Assembly (NCBI RefSeq): GCF_963853765.1
Contig: NC_088855.1
Coordinates: 23,560,001-23,624,000 of the forward strand
DNA from: Magallana gigas
Lineage: Eukaryota
Reading direction: 5' to 3'
Length of the DNA stretch: 64,000 nt
Positions 49,981 through 64,000 of the stretch are shown one piece after another; position 1 is the stretch's first letter; each line of letters begins with the position of its first letter. The translations under genes were made by a program, and so were the position numbers. Under the pieces are notes generated by a model. That model saw only the letters and a program-made list of their open reading frames with translations, ran no database searches and was not told where the DNA came from.

Positions 49981-52786
49981 GTAAGTCTTTCAAAAATATG
50001 TATTCTCTTAGTTCATTTAAAATTGCAGGTGTTGCCAAAGGCAAAACTGTGTAAATTTCTCTTATTACAAAGCTCATTTATTGTTGAATGGGGCAAGTGC
50101 CCCATGTAATTTTTACTTATTGACATTGAAATACAATTATCTTTTTTTCCCCAAAAGAACATATTAAGCTCAATAATTTGAGTATAGTACATTATTTACT
50201 CTTTTTATTTAGCCTGACATTGTTTTAAATTGACCCATTGAGTGTATGAGTGCAGTGAAAATAACCTTTTGTGTGGTATTTGACATGTTTAAATATAGAA
50301 TTGAATGTCTGAGGTTAATTAAGCGGCCCTAGGAAAAAAACTTTTTAGAGTTGAACAACCACTTTATATTGATTACTTCCCACTATTTTTAAATGCAACT
50401 TTCACAATTTGACCAGTTTAGGAGTGCCAGTAAAAGCTAGTTGCCAGTGAATGCTGCCATAGCTAATGTCACTACAGCTTGCAAATCAAATATTATACAT
50501 GTATATCATTCATTTAGTAAATGTTTTCATCTTAGAATTGTAGCTTTTGTGAAATCAATATACATCTACACACATTAATGTTTTAAAGTTATTGATCAAG
50601 ACTACAGCAGCTCGGAACATCACTTGGCACTGTTGTTCAGGTTAACAAAATAGTCCATGGGCCTCTGAAAAAACTCTTAATTCTACTTCTGGGTGAATAA
50701 TATGACACTTTAAAAGTTCATGGTTGCCAATTGTGTTCTGTTTGATATATGAAACAGCACTGCAGTTAAATGTTTCTGATGGATTCATATTAAGCAACAT
50801 CTCCATACAATTAATCTTTTTTTGTGTGATATAACACCAGACTCAAAGTGAAGGAAATTTTCCTTGAATAAGTGCCATTCCCTCCATTATATCAATAAAC
50901 AATTTTGCTTCCTTGATTGTATAGTGTGTTGATACATTTGAACAGCGCCATAGAATCCATGTTCAGACCGGATTCCCATTTACTAAATGTGTCCTAGCTG
51001 ATTAGGTTCTTGAATATTTACCCAAGAAATGTTATATAGTCCATATAGTTGTGCTGGCATTACATTTCACTGTGCACCGAAATCTAATGCATGAGATTCA
51101 TAGATTATTGGGAAAATGGCAAGAGGAACGGCCCTAAGGCTGCTGCCTCCATCATCAGCGGTGTCTGACAGTTGTTGCTGTAACAAAGAAGTATGAAAGA
51201 GAGCAGGATCACTAACTCAATCAATTAATGTCTAGATCATTGTGCTGGAGTGGCTGATACTCCGAGCTAGAGAAGTATTATTGTGAGTGTATGTAAGAAT
51301 GACTGAAGCATTGGTATCTGCATGTGTTTTTGAACAGGTGGGTTGATAATTATAACTTTTCTTTTAATGAATTTTTTTGGTTAAAAACACTTATTTGCTA
51401 TGTAAATCTTGTTTTATTTTTGAAATGTATTGACAATAGTATATTATTAGATATACATTTCCTATGCTTTAAATCTTTCAATTGGTGAACATTGTCTGTT
51501 ATCACGCAATTGTTCAATTGCGTGATAAAAAAAATTAAAAATAATAATTTATTCATAAATGTAAGTGTTTTTCATTAAAGTTGGTCTAATGTGTTTATTA
51601 TATGCTTTAAAATTCAGGGAGAATGAAACAAAGTTTGATGTAATAATGAGTTCATTATAAGTATGGTCAGTGTAACCATGTGTTACTGAAATTGTAATAT
51701 TCAATGTGATAGAATGTTATTAATAAAAAATGTTGTTAAAAAATTAATTACGATATTGCCTGTATAATTGGATATTTTTTATGTACATGTAAGTTAATTG
51801 ATATGATATTAATGGTAATTGATATAATGTGAAAAAATGTCTTTTCATTGACCATACAAATGAATATTCATTTTCCCTATTTGCAAAAAAAGAAATTAAA
51901 TAAAAAACAGATTTGGATTTTTTTTCTCTCTTTGTACCAAACAGTGCTGTGGCAGCCCTAGCTTTGATCTGCCAGTTTTTAGCAATTAAAGACTTTATGA
52001 CAAATATGGTCCATTATGTCAGATATAAGTATTGGTCTCCAAAGCTTATCAGTTATGGTCTCGTATTGGACACAGAAAAGGTTTTCTATACCGGCATCTT
52101 GCTCAAATCATTCACAATCTATGAAAGAAAAGAGTGAATGCTCTCTTTGCAAGGTAATTATTGTCCTAGTACGATACTGGGCAGCTTAAGGCTTTGGTGC
52201 CTAAACCACTGCTGTCCTTCATTAGATGAAGGTTATGAATATAGCAAAGAAATTTTCCTTATATAGATGGATCATGGATAAATGCAAATTCTATTATTAT
52301 TGGTTATTGAACTCAAATTATACGATATTTATTGCTGTGACATATCTCTACATTCGAAAGAGCTGAGCCAGAAAATATAGGCTTTAAGCTATTGAAGGAG
52401 TAATTTGGAGGAAATCTTGGTAAAGATTAAAAGTAACTAATGGAGGAATATACCTGCAGTAAAATGCTTTCTATAGTGGCTTATCATGTTTGTTTTTATA
52501 TCTATTGAGTATAACCCCCTTATTTTTAAAATGCAGGAAATTTCACTTTGAATTGTAATTCATCAACTGGTAAGATTCAGATTTTTGTTCAAACTATTGT
52601 GACTGCTGATCGATTTCTCTAATAAAGAAGGCGATACCCTGGGGATGTAAATATAATTAGATCTTGAATGCAATCAGATTATATGAAACATTTTCAGAAA
52701 CAGCTATGGCTGCAGCACATCAAAACCATGACACTTTCACTATTTCAAATAACCTTGTAACTTTTGTTGTTTCAAATATTTTTAGG

Positions 52787-55700
52787 ATGCCTAGCAAAGG
52801 AAAGTATGTAGCAGGCAGACAAGTGTCGCGATGGGATGCAGAGTCTGACATAGTAGACATTCAGTATCGCCACTTTGACAAGACAGCATCGTCGGGCCTC
52901 GCTGATTTCTTTTCTGGCAAAAAAGGGAATGCCCTCAAAGTGCTTCTTCTTGTAGTCTTCTTTTTCACCGGCCTCATCATTGGTTACATTATCAGAAGAA
53001 ACATCCATGAAAAGTACATTGCACCCAAACCAGACCCGTCACCGGTGCCTGTTTCTCCTATTTACCAGGTAAATAACACTGTAGTACAGTTAAACTTCGA
53101 TATCTTGAATGCTGATATCTCGAATACAATGCATATGTCGAAGTGATTTGTAAGTCCAAACCACTTATTTTTTTTTATATTTTATTGTCAAGTACTCGGA
53201 TATTATGAAGTTTTTAAACAGTCCAATCTAGTTTGAGAAAATGAAGATTGACTGTATTTTGAATTCAATTCTTTAATTAAATTTTTTTAAGTCAGTTTCA
53301 AAATTTTACAAAGATCAAAGTTTGGTGTGTTATTTGATATATGAAAAAAGACTGGTTCAGTGACTAAAAAATCTTCAAAATTATATTAAAAAAAAAAAAA
53401 TTTTGAATTTTTTATACAAAGTTTAGAGAGTAAGATGTCTATTGATATGAAATAATTGATTAGTAAAACAACACAGACCCAAACAAAAAGTACTATACCC
53501 TGTACATGCTTGCTGCACTATCACTGCAAAATCATCAATAACGTTCATGAACATTGTTTTTTTTCTTTCCTGTCAAATTTTTTTGGGTCAAAAATTGTTC
53601 ATGTTATTAAAAGGCAAAACTAAAAAAAAAATTCTTTTCTGCCATTAAATTCATCAATATCAACCTGTTCACCTCAATCTTTGAAGAATTGTTCCCATAC
53701 ATTTGGACCTTTGTGTAAAAACTTCTTTAAAGCAATTCATGGAGAAAGACATGTCAGCAGATTAGTCTTTCAGACATGTTTATTAATAAAAAACAAGTTC
53801 TGCTCAATCTTAATTTTTGGTATGGCAAAGATTCCTTGTAGTGGGATGTCATAATTTTGTTAAATTTAAATCTTATTTTATATGCAATGATCACCATATT
53901 TCAAGATGGTCAAGATTTTAAGCAACCTCAGATTGTTCATCCATGTTCAATATGATATACATGTACCAATTTAATCATCAGGGTATCATTTTAAAATGCT
54001 TCACACTTTATTAAGGTTCCAGTTGAGATAACTATAATTAATTGCCAGCTAGTGTTGACTTTAATTACTGATAGCACTTTAAATTCTCTTTAATTAAAAA
54101 ATGCAATTGTGAATTATGCCATGAAACGTTCTTGAATCTATAAAAATAAAGGTCGATGTAAGTTACAAAACAATGAGTATAGAATGAAAGTGAAGATTTA
54201 TGTAGAATTATTTATGAGGCAACAACAAAGGGGATTTGATGAGCTTTGTTGCATATATTGTGTATCAGTGTAGATAAGGCTGTTTTGTAAAGGGCTTAGT
54301 TCTCAGGACAATCAAATTGGCATCCATTATCAAACAACAATGTTAATCAATCAATAAAATGTACGTAGCAAATGCATCATAATCTGATATATTGTATACT
54401 CCAGTCTGAGTAGCATAGGAACATCAAAAATTTAGGAAAATAGGAGCTCTATGGTGGAAGCGTTCTGTGTTTGAGCTTTCGGAGCATGATTTGTATGTAT
54501 TCACAGGGGAGCCGTGAAAGTGAGGCCAGATTTTGAACATTGCTTCCAAATCAATAAAATGTCTTTCAAACAATACTGCTGACCTAATAGTAATTGAGTT
54601 AAGCTATATATTTAGAAGATATTTTATTGCTCACAAAAATCTCCAGAGTGTATGCAAGCATCAACCCAAACTTCCTTTTTTTTTTTTTTTTTTTTTTACG
54701 CCTGCCAGCTAGTTTCTGTTACGTTGTTTTATTTATGTATGACTTATATTCCATTCATATTACCGTTAGTTGATTCAGTGCAATTTATATAACTCTGATA
54801 AAAATCAGTATATGACACATTCTATAAAATAAAAGATCGTTTAGTACTGCAAGCACTTAAATTTGCCATGTTTGGATTACTGACTGATGAGGCAAACATT
54901 GAACTTGATCATATCCAGCAGCTGACAACATTAAACTGTGATGTTTGTTCCAATAGTGGGGCCCTTGAAGGGGTGCAAAGTTTTACACACTTATATACAG
55001 AGAATTTTTGACAAGAAGTCTTCACAAAAATCACAATGCTACAATTTTTAAAATTTATGATGATACTACAAAAGCATCGTAGAATCCCACATGGTGTGGA
55101 TAAAAATTTGATGTTCTGTGACCCGAGATACAACAGTGGAGCCCCACAAGGGGTGCAATTAATTCATGCAATGTTTCTACAGAAAAATGATGTTCATGTT
55201 TACAAAACAAATTTTATGAATAATTCATGAATATTTAAAAGGGTTACATGAGATTTTTCCTCGTAATCAGAATAATCAGGCAAAATGATTGTAATCCAGA
55301 CAGATTAAGAGGAGTATTGCATATTTTATATTTATTGCAGTATTTAAAGGTTCATGTCAGCTTTAACAACCTAACACATCTTGTTTGGTTGTATTGTGGT
55401 ATTGCAAATAATTGTATTTTGTAGGACTATGATCCAGCCATTAGAAAACTGCTGCAAGATGACCTGCAAGATGTTGTCAATATTGATGATCATATCAAGT
55501 AAGTTTGAATTAAAAGATTTTTATGTTTTAAAAATCTATGAAGATAAACTTTTAAACACCCCCCCCCCCCCCCAACCCACTAAAATACCATTGTCCAAGT
55601 AGCATAGTGGACAATGCACTCGCTTCTCACCGCTGCGACCCGAGTTCGATCCCCGTGATCGACACTGGTTGTATGTGATAGGGTACGGCAGTCGCCCGCT

Positions 55701-58700
55701 TGGACATGTGGGTTTTCTCCGGGTACTCCGGCTTCTTCCCACAACAATGACCCCCTCAAGCTAACATCCGTGCCAATGAGAGATATTGATATAAGTTGTA
55801 GAACTTGTTTATCAATCGTTGTAAAATAAATAAACGTTCAGTTCATACCATTTAAACATGATCTATAAATGCATGACAGTAAAGAAATGTTGATCAGGAC
55901 ATCATTTGCAGCTTAAAAATAAGTTCTGTTCACAACTGTTACCTCATTAAAAGACCTCAATCCTCTCGGGCTGCTAGATGTGAATTGGAATGTACTGGAA
56001 AGATTCATTAATTTTGTTAACGTCATTGCTGTCATACTATCACACCAGACTACTTCGCTTCATCTCTTACATGTATACGAATAATTTTTTATATCAGACT
56101 GTGTTCAAAATTAGTTGCTGGAAGTTAGTAGAAGAAAAGACCATGTTTTTTTGAAAGCAAATGGTTGTATTGATCTCAGAACATTGCTGAAACCAGTTGT
56201 AGGGGTTAATAAATCCCCTAGTTTGAGGCCATATAGCCGTATATACTGGTGGCTGGTGAGGGTCTTATTTAGTGTTGAAATGTGGTTTCTTATTCAATAA
56301 GCTGGTGGTATAATGCATGAATACAGGCAATTCCTAACAAAGTGAACCTTATTTTGCAAGTTTTATAAGATCTGAGTTGATTGGATGTGGTAGTGTAATG
56401 ATGTAGAATAAATTTTATCATTGCATGGACGTACAATTCACAATTAAGATCGGAATTGAATTGAATGTTACTTGGATGGGCTGTATAAATTTGTCTATAT
56501 AACAAAATTAAGCATCTTCAACCTCAAATTCTGCTGCAATAACTGGTTATATCCATATTAATTTGATTTGATTTGAACATAGTTTATCATGCAAATATAC
56601 ATTTACATAAATGGATTATGCAGCAGGCAATGCCTATGTAAGCCTTCTCCATATCAATATTACATTTCAGGTATACCATATTACAAATAAAAAAAATGTA
56701 CGAAATTTTTCATTTCTATTTCCAAAAACACAAAATGTACTTGTGCAAAAAATTAACACAGAAAATACTTTCTTTGGTGATTCATGCATGTTATGATGTT
56801 AGCAACCTTGCAGAAAAACACATAACTGGGATAAGCTATGAATTGCAATCAGTTTCGATAAAAAGTAAAAGAAATCATACTTTGTGGATGTAAATATATA
56901 CCGGTAAATATGACCACTTTGAATGATCTTATTGATATTTTTACAATGGCATGAGGCAAGACTATTAATTCCTGTCTTTAGATATGTACTCTATTGAGCC
57001 AATCTATTTTAAGTGCATGTCTCAGGAAATTACTTGACACCTGTCATGGCTGCTGAAGGAAAAGAAGTGATACCATTGATTGAATGATTAGGAGAGCATC
57101 TCTCTAGGGTTCTTATTTGATTTGGTTTTAATTCATTTGTGATTGTAGTTCTAAATAAATAATATTCTAATCTTATTGCAAATATTCAAGAAATTTATTT
57201 CTTCTAGAAAAAGGGGTAGAAAAGGATTTCTGGAAAGAACAAATATTGCACATTACATGAAAAATAAACACTATGGTTGAACTAAAACTTTTGCCATTAA
57301 TTTTTTTTGGGAACATTGGTAATTTAAATCATGCTAGCCTACATGTATGTATTGATATTAACCAGGAACATGAAAATACTGTGACTAAATTGAGAGCTGA
57401 AACATAAAAAGATAATTTTTAGGAGATTCTTTTTCTGTATGAATGAAATTGATTATGCGGTGTTCATGTAAATATGCTGTTATCAATGAAGTACATTTTT
57501 AAAAAGTTTGATGTTATAAACTTGCGGGTATTCAGAAACCTCCTTTTGAATTATCATCACTCAATTATGTATTTTGAAGTCATTATGCATTCCACAGCAA
57601 GATTTCATAACTCTGAGAACATAACATTTGCTTTTATGATAGATATAAATGTGGTTAATCTAGAGGGGTTCAGATGTGGTAAAACTTTTAAAATGAATAT
57701 CATGGAACTCCTTCATGCTAAAAGAAAAAAAAATGCAAATTTTAGCATTGTTTTAATAGTTATATGGATATAGTGCACATATAAATTCAGATTTGCTCAA
57801 ACCATGATTCCTGGGGCAATCATATATAGGAATACTGGTATTTGATGAAAATATTTTTATGCCTCCTTTTGAAGAAGGGAGGGCATATTGCTTTGCTGCT
57901 GTCCGCCTGTGTCTCTGTCGGTTGGTCAGTCCACCAACAGTTGTCGTTAATTTTCTTGGCAGAGGTTGTAATATTGAAATGAAATTTGGTATAGAGATTT
58001 ATCATAATAATATCTTTGTCAAGTTAGATATGATTGAGCTATTTTTGACAGAGTTATGCCCCTTGGACTTAAAAAAATTCCAATTATTTGCACTTTCTGT
58101 TCATTTTTTTTTTTTTACAGAGATATCAACAGAAGGGGGCATGAGGGTTTCACAAACATCTTTTGTTATTTTTTTTTTTATAGAAACTACAATTTTACAA
58201 ACTGTGATGTTATTTATTACTCTAGAGGTTACTTAATTGCTTCGCAAATAACTGTTTTGGAATTCACTTCAACAGTAAAACTTTATTAATTTAAACTAAA
58301 TTAATTCCTCTCTCTCTCTTTCTTTCTCTCTCATGAGCAAAATAACATTATTTTGAAGCCTCAAATAATGTAAATAACATGATCATTACAGTTGTCACAA
58401 CTTTATTCTTTGCAATCTTATGTCTTCCTTTTGTGCTAATATATTATGGCATTGCTTCTGTTGTTTATAACAAATTGTGTGTGAATCCTACCAGGTTAAG
58501 TGTTTAATTCAGATTTTCTGTCTTTATTGTTCTTCGCCTGCATCAGGAATTTGTTTGGAACATTTAGGGCAACCATACTACAATTGAACATTAAAATCCT
58601 ATTCCTGCATCCAATCATGAAAAGTGTTGCATCCATTTTTGGGAATTAAAAAAAAATATTTCATCCACTTTAAAAGTAATGAATATGCACAAGTTGAATT

Positions 58701-61700
58701 TATGTGTGGATTTAAGGGACAAGAACCAGCAACATAATTACTAATATATCAGAAATATTTCCAGGATTGTACATGGAGAATGCTAAATTACTCGAACATT
58801 ATTTGACATGTTCTTGCAATTCTGTTGGTTTTTTATCAGCTGAAATAATCATATAAAAATATCAAGACATGAAGAATTTTGTTATCTCAGTAGCTTGTAG
58901 TTCTAACAAAGCTTTTTAAAAAAAAGTTATCTTTGTTTTTATATAGCTTGATTTAAAGTAACAATTAATTGCCATTGTTCAGATCCATTTAAATGGTAGC
59001 TTTTTTTGTCATAATCAGCTAATAGGCCCTCGTTCATGGAAGAAATCAGATCTGAAAGTACATGAATTTTGTATTTTCTCTTCTTCCAGTCATTATTATA
59101 TAATATTGCTTCCTTTTCCTCGGCGAGAATATTGACAAGTCTTGTAACCATTGTATTCATGCAGGAAGAAGATGCTTTCACCATACACATTGTAAAACTT
59201 GTGCTGGAAACATTATTGATCATTAGTACGAAAAGCTTTTTGGGTTTGTTGATCTGCTCATGATTCAAGCCATGCACTGGAACTTATATCAAAACCAACA
59301 CAATTTCTTTCACCATCTCTTTTTACAATGGTTATTTAAACAAAACAAATTGAATTCAAGACTATGGGATGAAAGACAAAATTATTCTTTACTTTATGAA
59401 ACTTTGGGTGCGTGAAGGGTTGTGATTATTTGGTGTACGTATAATCAAAATAGTCAGAATGCAATATTAAAAACATTTAAGTTCTTTAAGGTCATGGTTA
59501 TTTAAGTATAAGATAAGAATGGTGAGTGAGGATGCATCAAATAAATATTGTAAAATTCTTGCCCTCTGGTTCAGAGGTTCTGGTGTGTAGAAGGATGAGG
59601 CACTATTGATCAGATAGCAAAAGTGCTTCAATTCTTAAAAAGTCTTTTCACTTCAGGACATCTAGCAAGAAAATTGAGTACATTGTTAGAACTGGCAAGA
59701 AAGCCTTTACCCAAATTGTGAAATAAATTGAACTTTGGTTAGGGGTTTTTGGTCATATACTGGTATTAAAAATGAAAAATTAAAAAAGAAAAAAACCCCA
59801 ACAAACCTTCAGTTCCATCCTGATTCAGTACATATATGAACACTGGAACTGTGACAATTGTATGGATCCTTTACCGGGCTGTATCCTTTAAGTTTTTGTT
59901 TTGATCTCTTTAATACAGAACATGGACAGAGAGCATCGGACTGTCAGCTGTAGGATCGACTTTAAAGGTTGTGATGGGCACCCATGACATGTGGCAGTAT
60001 TTTCCTCTTGATGGCCTAACCTGGACAAACTACTCAGTACTGCTCTCTTATCCATTTCTGTAAGATTTAATTTTTTTATTCTCCGACTTTCCCAATCTCT
60101 AATTAGGGACTCCACTGTGTTGACCATTTCTACTTTTCTAGTAATTATTATTGTGTCCATCTGATCATTTGTCTGTCCTATTGACATCTGCTGTCTGATG
60201 CATCAAATTTTCTAGGTCAAAGGTCAAGGTCAGAGATGACCTGTGTGTAAAATCCTAGTCTAGACCATATTTGTCCTTGACTCTGCAATCTTGGCCCATT
60301 CTTGCTTAGACCTTATCCAAAGGGTGTCTTTGGTGAATAGGTCTGCAGTGATCTTGAAGAAAGTTTCTGCATTTTAAAGTCATGGTCATATCAGACCTCT
60401 GTAAAATCACTGTCTGCCTCTAAATTTTTTTAAGAGTGCTTGCTGGATAAAGGATTTGTATTGACCTTTAAGCTGTTTAATATGTGTCAACTTAGTGTTA
60501 CTTCTATTCATTTTATTATTTTTAAATAATATTATATTCATAGGAAAGCTATTTTTTTTAAATTTGATGTAAGTTACACAGGTGAGCAATGTGGCCAATG
60601 AGCCTCTTTGTGATTTTTTTTTTTTTTTTTAGAAATTCATATCATTTGTATTTATGTTATTACAATCAGTTTCTTGTCCTACAATAGTCAGAGTCCAAAC
60701 AGAACATCTATAACACTACAACAGCGAAATGGTACTGTGTTGTGGAATGCAAACTTCAGCTTCTCTTCAGAACATCCAGAACAGATGCCATTCAATGCAT
60801 ACTCTCCAGAGGCATCAGTGAAGGTGAATCCAGTCTGTGATTTTTTTGTGGTTGACTCTGTACAATATATTTAAATACAAATAAATTCAATTCCATTATT
60901 TTTACAGGAAATTTGGCTCTTTTGATCTTAGAATGTGGGTCTTAGTTTAAATATTTTAATGAACAGTTTGTAAGTGCAACCCCTCTTTAAACACTACAAG
61001 GAATTTGTTGAAACTTTGTAGGAATTTAGATCACAATGTGTAGATGCCCATATTATTAGGAAATTCAGATTCCTCAATTTTTCTGGTAATTTCTGCTGTT
61101 TTAGAATTTTGTGATTACCTAAGGCATAGTTGTGCATATTTGCAGGTAGTTTTTATCTTGTGATTTTTTGAAAGGTATGCTCTTTATGAAATTATTTTGT
61201 GTATTTAATGCATACCCTGCCATTCATTATGTGTATAAGCATTGTCAAGTATTGGGGGAGGTTGGGGTATGTGAGCTTGCTCACTTTTTCTCTCACTCAT
61301 AGGTCCTGAATAGAAAATATAGAGTATTTTTCTAAGAAGAAGATGCAATTTTGAAATTGCGATCTTTTAATCAAGAGATATAAAAAAGATTATTATACCT
61401 CTGTGTATTTTTCTATGTAAAATAACGATGAATAAATATGCAATTTCATCTAGCCAGCCTTTACTGTGAAGAAAGTTTTTGAGCTATTTGTCGTTGAAAC
61501 TATTCACTGGCAACATTTGATTTCCCTCGTGTTTAATCTCGGAACTCCTCTAATGTTATAAGAGTCACTGCGTTAAATTCCAAGTCCGATAACTCAAACT
61601 TGTTTACCATCAACTAACTCAGATTGCTGACAAATTAAGTTTTCTTATGTATGATTAAATAGCTGTTTACTGGCTATGAGGACAATAGCAAGTTCATTGT

Positions 61701-63879
61701 CCTCCAGTGTTGACAGTAACTGTTTCCTTTGGGAAATTGAGAAATACTAAAAGCTGCTGTCTTTTACATTTGTCCTCATAGCCAAAAATTGGGTGTACTG
61801 TAAATTCCTAATTAAACGCGAGGAATTAATATTCGCGTAAAATCGCGAGAAGCCCGTCTCGCAAATTCTAAAATCTCGCTTTTAATTTTGGGACACATGT
61901 AAACTACATGAAACTATGATAAAATTTCAGCATTCGCGATTTTATGTTGGTAAATCATTGAATCGTGGAATTAAGTACTCATGTAAAATAAGGAATCTAC
62001 AGTAATATTTGTTAGCTTACCATCAATTTTTTTCTCAAATGTTTATTCATGTTTTGTGTATTTTGACAATGTGTTGCTTTTCTTTTTTTTTGAACATAGG
62101 GGAAGTTAGTTTTTGCCAATTTTGGAAGAAAGACAGATTTCTCTACATTAGATAAGCTGAATGTCTCTGTCAATAACAGCATACTACTGATTAAATACGG
62201 CAAGATCCATCCAGCCAACAAGGTAACAATCATATTGTGGCATATTCAAGTAAATTAATTGGAAAATTTTGATACCTTAAATTTTTAAGTTTAAAACCAT
62301 GGGACTTGAAGGGGTGTACCATTTGAGCATGTGTATAGACCATCAGACTTAGAAGTACATTCACACCATTAGACTGCAAGTAATTCATCGGAAATAGCAC
62401 ATCAGCCCATCATAGGGATTTGACACAGATCATTGCCCCCTGATGTGACTGTCTCATATCAAAGTACTGTACACATATTACATTTGGCTGTGTATTCTAT
62501 TCAGCCAGTATTTTATGCGGAACGTGGCTTCCACCATATAAAGAACATCTCATGATGTTAAACATAAATATAAATAAGATTATTAGGTACATTCAGGAAT
62601 GGGCTAAATCAAATCAATGGTAACCTGTTGCAAGATCATTTTCCACTGCATATCGTATGTTAAGTGAAATATGTTTATAGTGCCATATCACGCTCTGTAG
62701 CTATACATGTAAATATCTGATTGCTATCTGGATAGACAATTAAGAAGATGCATTGACAACATGCACACTTCCATCCATTTTAAGGCATGGAACATAAATT
62801 TGATACATCTTAGTTTTCAAAATAAATCAATTAACTTTATATATTCAACTTACCTTGCTCAATAACTCAGAGTACGCGTACGTGTTATATTCAAACTTTC
62901 ATTGAAGGTAAAACATGCAGAGGAGAGTGGGGCCCTGGGTGTCGTCCTCTATCCCGATCCTCTGGACTATGCAAACAACAACACAGAGGCTGTGTACCCC
63001 AGCACTTGGTGGCTGCCTGGGTGGGCCATCCATTCCCATCATGTCAGATACACGCTGATGGGAGACCCACAAAGTCCTGGTTATCCCTCACTAGGTATTG
63101 GCCAAGTTAATAAAGACATGTATTTGTAACCATAGTGGTACCTTGTCATGTAATATTACTGTAAAGTCTTGTGTATAGCACGCACCTGTGTATAATACGC
63201 AAGCCACAAAGTTGAGTGAAAAATGCTGTTTCTATGTATAATATTCAACCCAAAATCAGAGAAATTTTCAGTCAAGAGTTTTGAAAAGTCATTGATGTGC
63301 ATGCGTTGATAGTGTATTCAAAGCACTTAACAGTAATAACATTTGAGGATCTAAACGAAAGCAACAATGAAAGTGATGACTAATTTGATATTTAGTCCAA
63401 TTCCTTGATTGTTCTTACATGAAATACATTGTAAAAACCTGCATGGGTTTTGCGAAATCACTTGATATTTTGAACCCAGGTTCAATGTTTTGCTGCAAAA
63501 CTTCGAACCCAAATAAAAGTTTACAATACTATGGCTGCGAAATTTTGCTCTGAGATTTTTTTTTCATATGTATAGATGGAGTTTATCATCAACCTTATCC
63601 GAAGGAGAACTGTCTCGGATGCCCCCGTATTCCAGTTCAGTCTGTCTCATACAACGATGCCAGAACTCTAGTCAGGTCAGTGTACATCCAATTACAGATT
63701 CTTAAATTGTCAGTAAAACATCAATACCGGTACTTGCTTCTTTAAACAAGTTGTTACTGCATTGGTTTTACTTTGACTGGTTTCCCTTTTAGGTCAATGG
63801 TTGGTTCCTCTGTCCCGGATGACTGGATTGGGGGATTAGGGGTGTCATACAAAACAGGACCGGGGCATTCTAATGACAG
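52787..63879 (+). CDS. Type II membrane M28B-family protein (GCPII/NAALADase/NAALADL2/transferrin-receptor-like), 5' part; continues beyond the window
   Basis: Exons 52787-53068, 55425-55498, 59919-60059, 60688-60823, 62100-62222, 62908-63094, 63576-63675, 63793-63879, phases consistent. Signal-anchor VLLLVVFFFTGLIIGYII. Motifs YSVLLSYP, PFNAYSP, GKLVFANFG, LIKYGKI, GVVLYPDP.DY, GDP.SPGYP, PRIPVQSVSY, Y.TGPG, typical of the protease-associated domain. The catalytic zinc ligands lie outside the window. Confidence 0.88.
53085..53256. mobile_element. TA-flanked MITE 16 bp downstream of the first coding-exon donor of the M28B gene
   Basis: TACAGTTAAACTTCGATATC...GATTGACTGTA. Homologous to 47988-48164. 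Confidence 0.7.
55593..55835 (+). mobile_element. tRNA-derived SINE with V-domain (BivaV-SINE-like)
   Basis: Pol III A box TAGCATAGTGG (55600-55610), B box GAGTTCGATCC (55642-55652), V-domain core GTGGGTTTTCTCCGGGTACTCCGG.TTC.TCCCACA (55708-55743), AAATAAATAAA tail. Confidence 0.85.
57854..58166 (+). mobile_element. Non-autonomous Helentron/HINE
   Basis: 5' TTTTTATGCCTCCTTTTGAAGAAGGGAGGGCATA hairpin, degenerate CTGT/CCGT microsatellite, 3' AGGGGGCAT..GTTTCACAAACATC..TTGT. Confidence 0.75.
60965..61290 (+). mobile_element. Helentron fragment with 3' hairpin
   Basis: GGGGTATGTGAGCTTGCTCAC (61270-61284) is the same terminal hairpin as at 42527-42542 on the opposite strand. The left boundary is approximate. 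Confidence 0.55.
61796..62004. mobile_element. TA-flanked MITE
   Basis: TIR TACTGTAAATTCCT / AGGAATCTACAGTA. Confidence 0.75.
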
Positions 63880-64000
63880 GTATTGATGTAACTAGAATTT
63901 AAGAAACCATGCATCCTCCAAAAGGAGAAAACTTTTATCCTATATGTGAATTGTTTTCTAATTGGCTCAAATAATAAAGCATTATGATTGAATGACTGAA

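Noticed and set aside
52664-53146. 160-aa ORF as a standalone gene
   Set aside because: Only 52787-53068 is exonic. The 5' part is intron and the 3' part reads into a MITE.
55593-55660. Possible tRNA gene
   Set aside because: It has A and B boxes but no complete cloverleaf and continues into a V-domain and A-rich tail, so it is a SINE head.
59019-59130. Frame resembling WKEFGLD/HYDVLLSYP as the missing M28B exon
   Set aside because: No suitable donor or phase. Exon 59919-60059 supplies this region with correct phase 2-2 junctions.
60670-60687. Upstream acceptor at 60669 for the M28B exon
   Set aside because: It would duplicate the LSY motif. The acceptor at 60687 gives a gap-free family alignment (LLSYPFLQSPN).

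Overview
AT-rich, intron-rich animal genomic DNA. The repeat families, intron structure and frequent TACATGTA words suggest a bivalve, most likely an oyster (inferred, not proven). Six protein-coding genes were reconstructed by hand from GT-AG splice sites with consistent codon phases: (1) the 5' part of a SOBP-like gene (minus strand); (2) complete LRRC23 (plus), head-to-head with it; (3) a secreted C-type lectin with an EPTTP mucin tail (minus); (4) a 14-exon, 646-aa single-pass receptor (plus) with signal peptide, a mannose-6-phosphate-receptor-homology (MRH/ATG27-like) ectodomain, a TM helix and a TK/TKL-like kinase domain whose beta3 lysine is replaced (VAVT); (5) complete YEATS4/GAS41 (minus); (6) the 5' part of a divergent type II membrane M28B (GCPII/NAALADL2/TfR-like) gene (plus). 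Intergenic DNA and introns hold non-autonomous Helentron-like elements with satellite repeats, TA-flanked MITEs, palindromic elements and a V-domain tRNA SINE. The main discovery candidate is the MRH-ectodomain receptor (pseudo)kinase, an animal analogue of plant lectin receptor-like kinases, transcribed divergently from a secreted lectin-mucin gene. Other highlights are a fossil copy of one of its kinase exons next to YEATS4, and a 24-25 bp hairpin inside that fossil that looks like an insertion with a 5-bp target-site duplication. No database searches were run; family assignments come from motif recognition.
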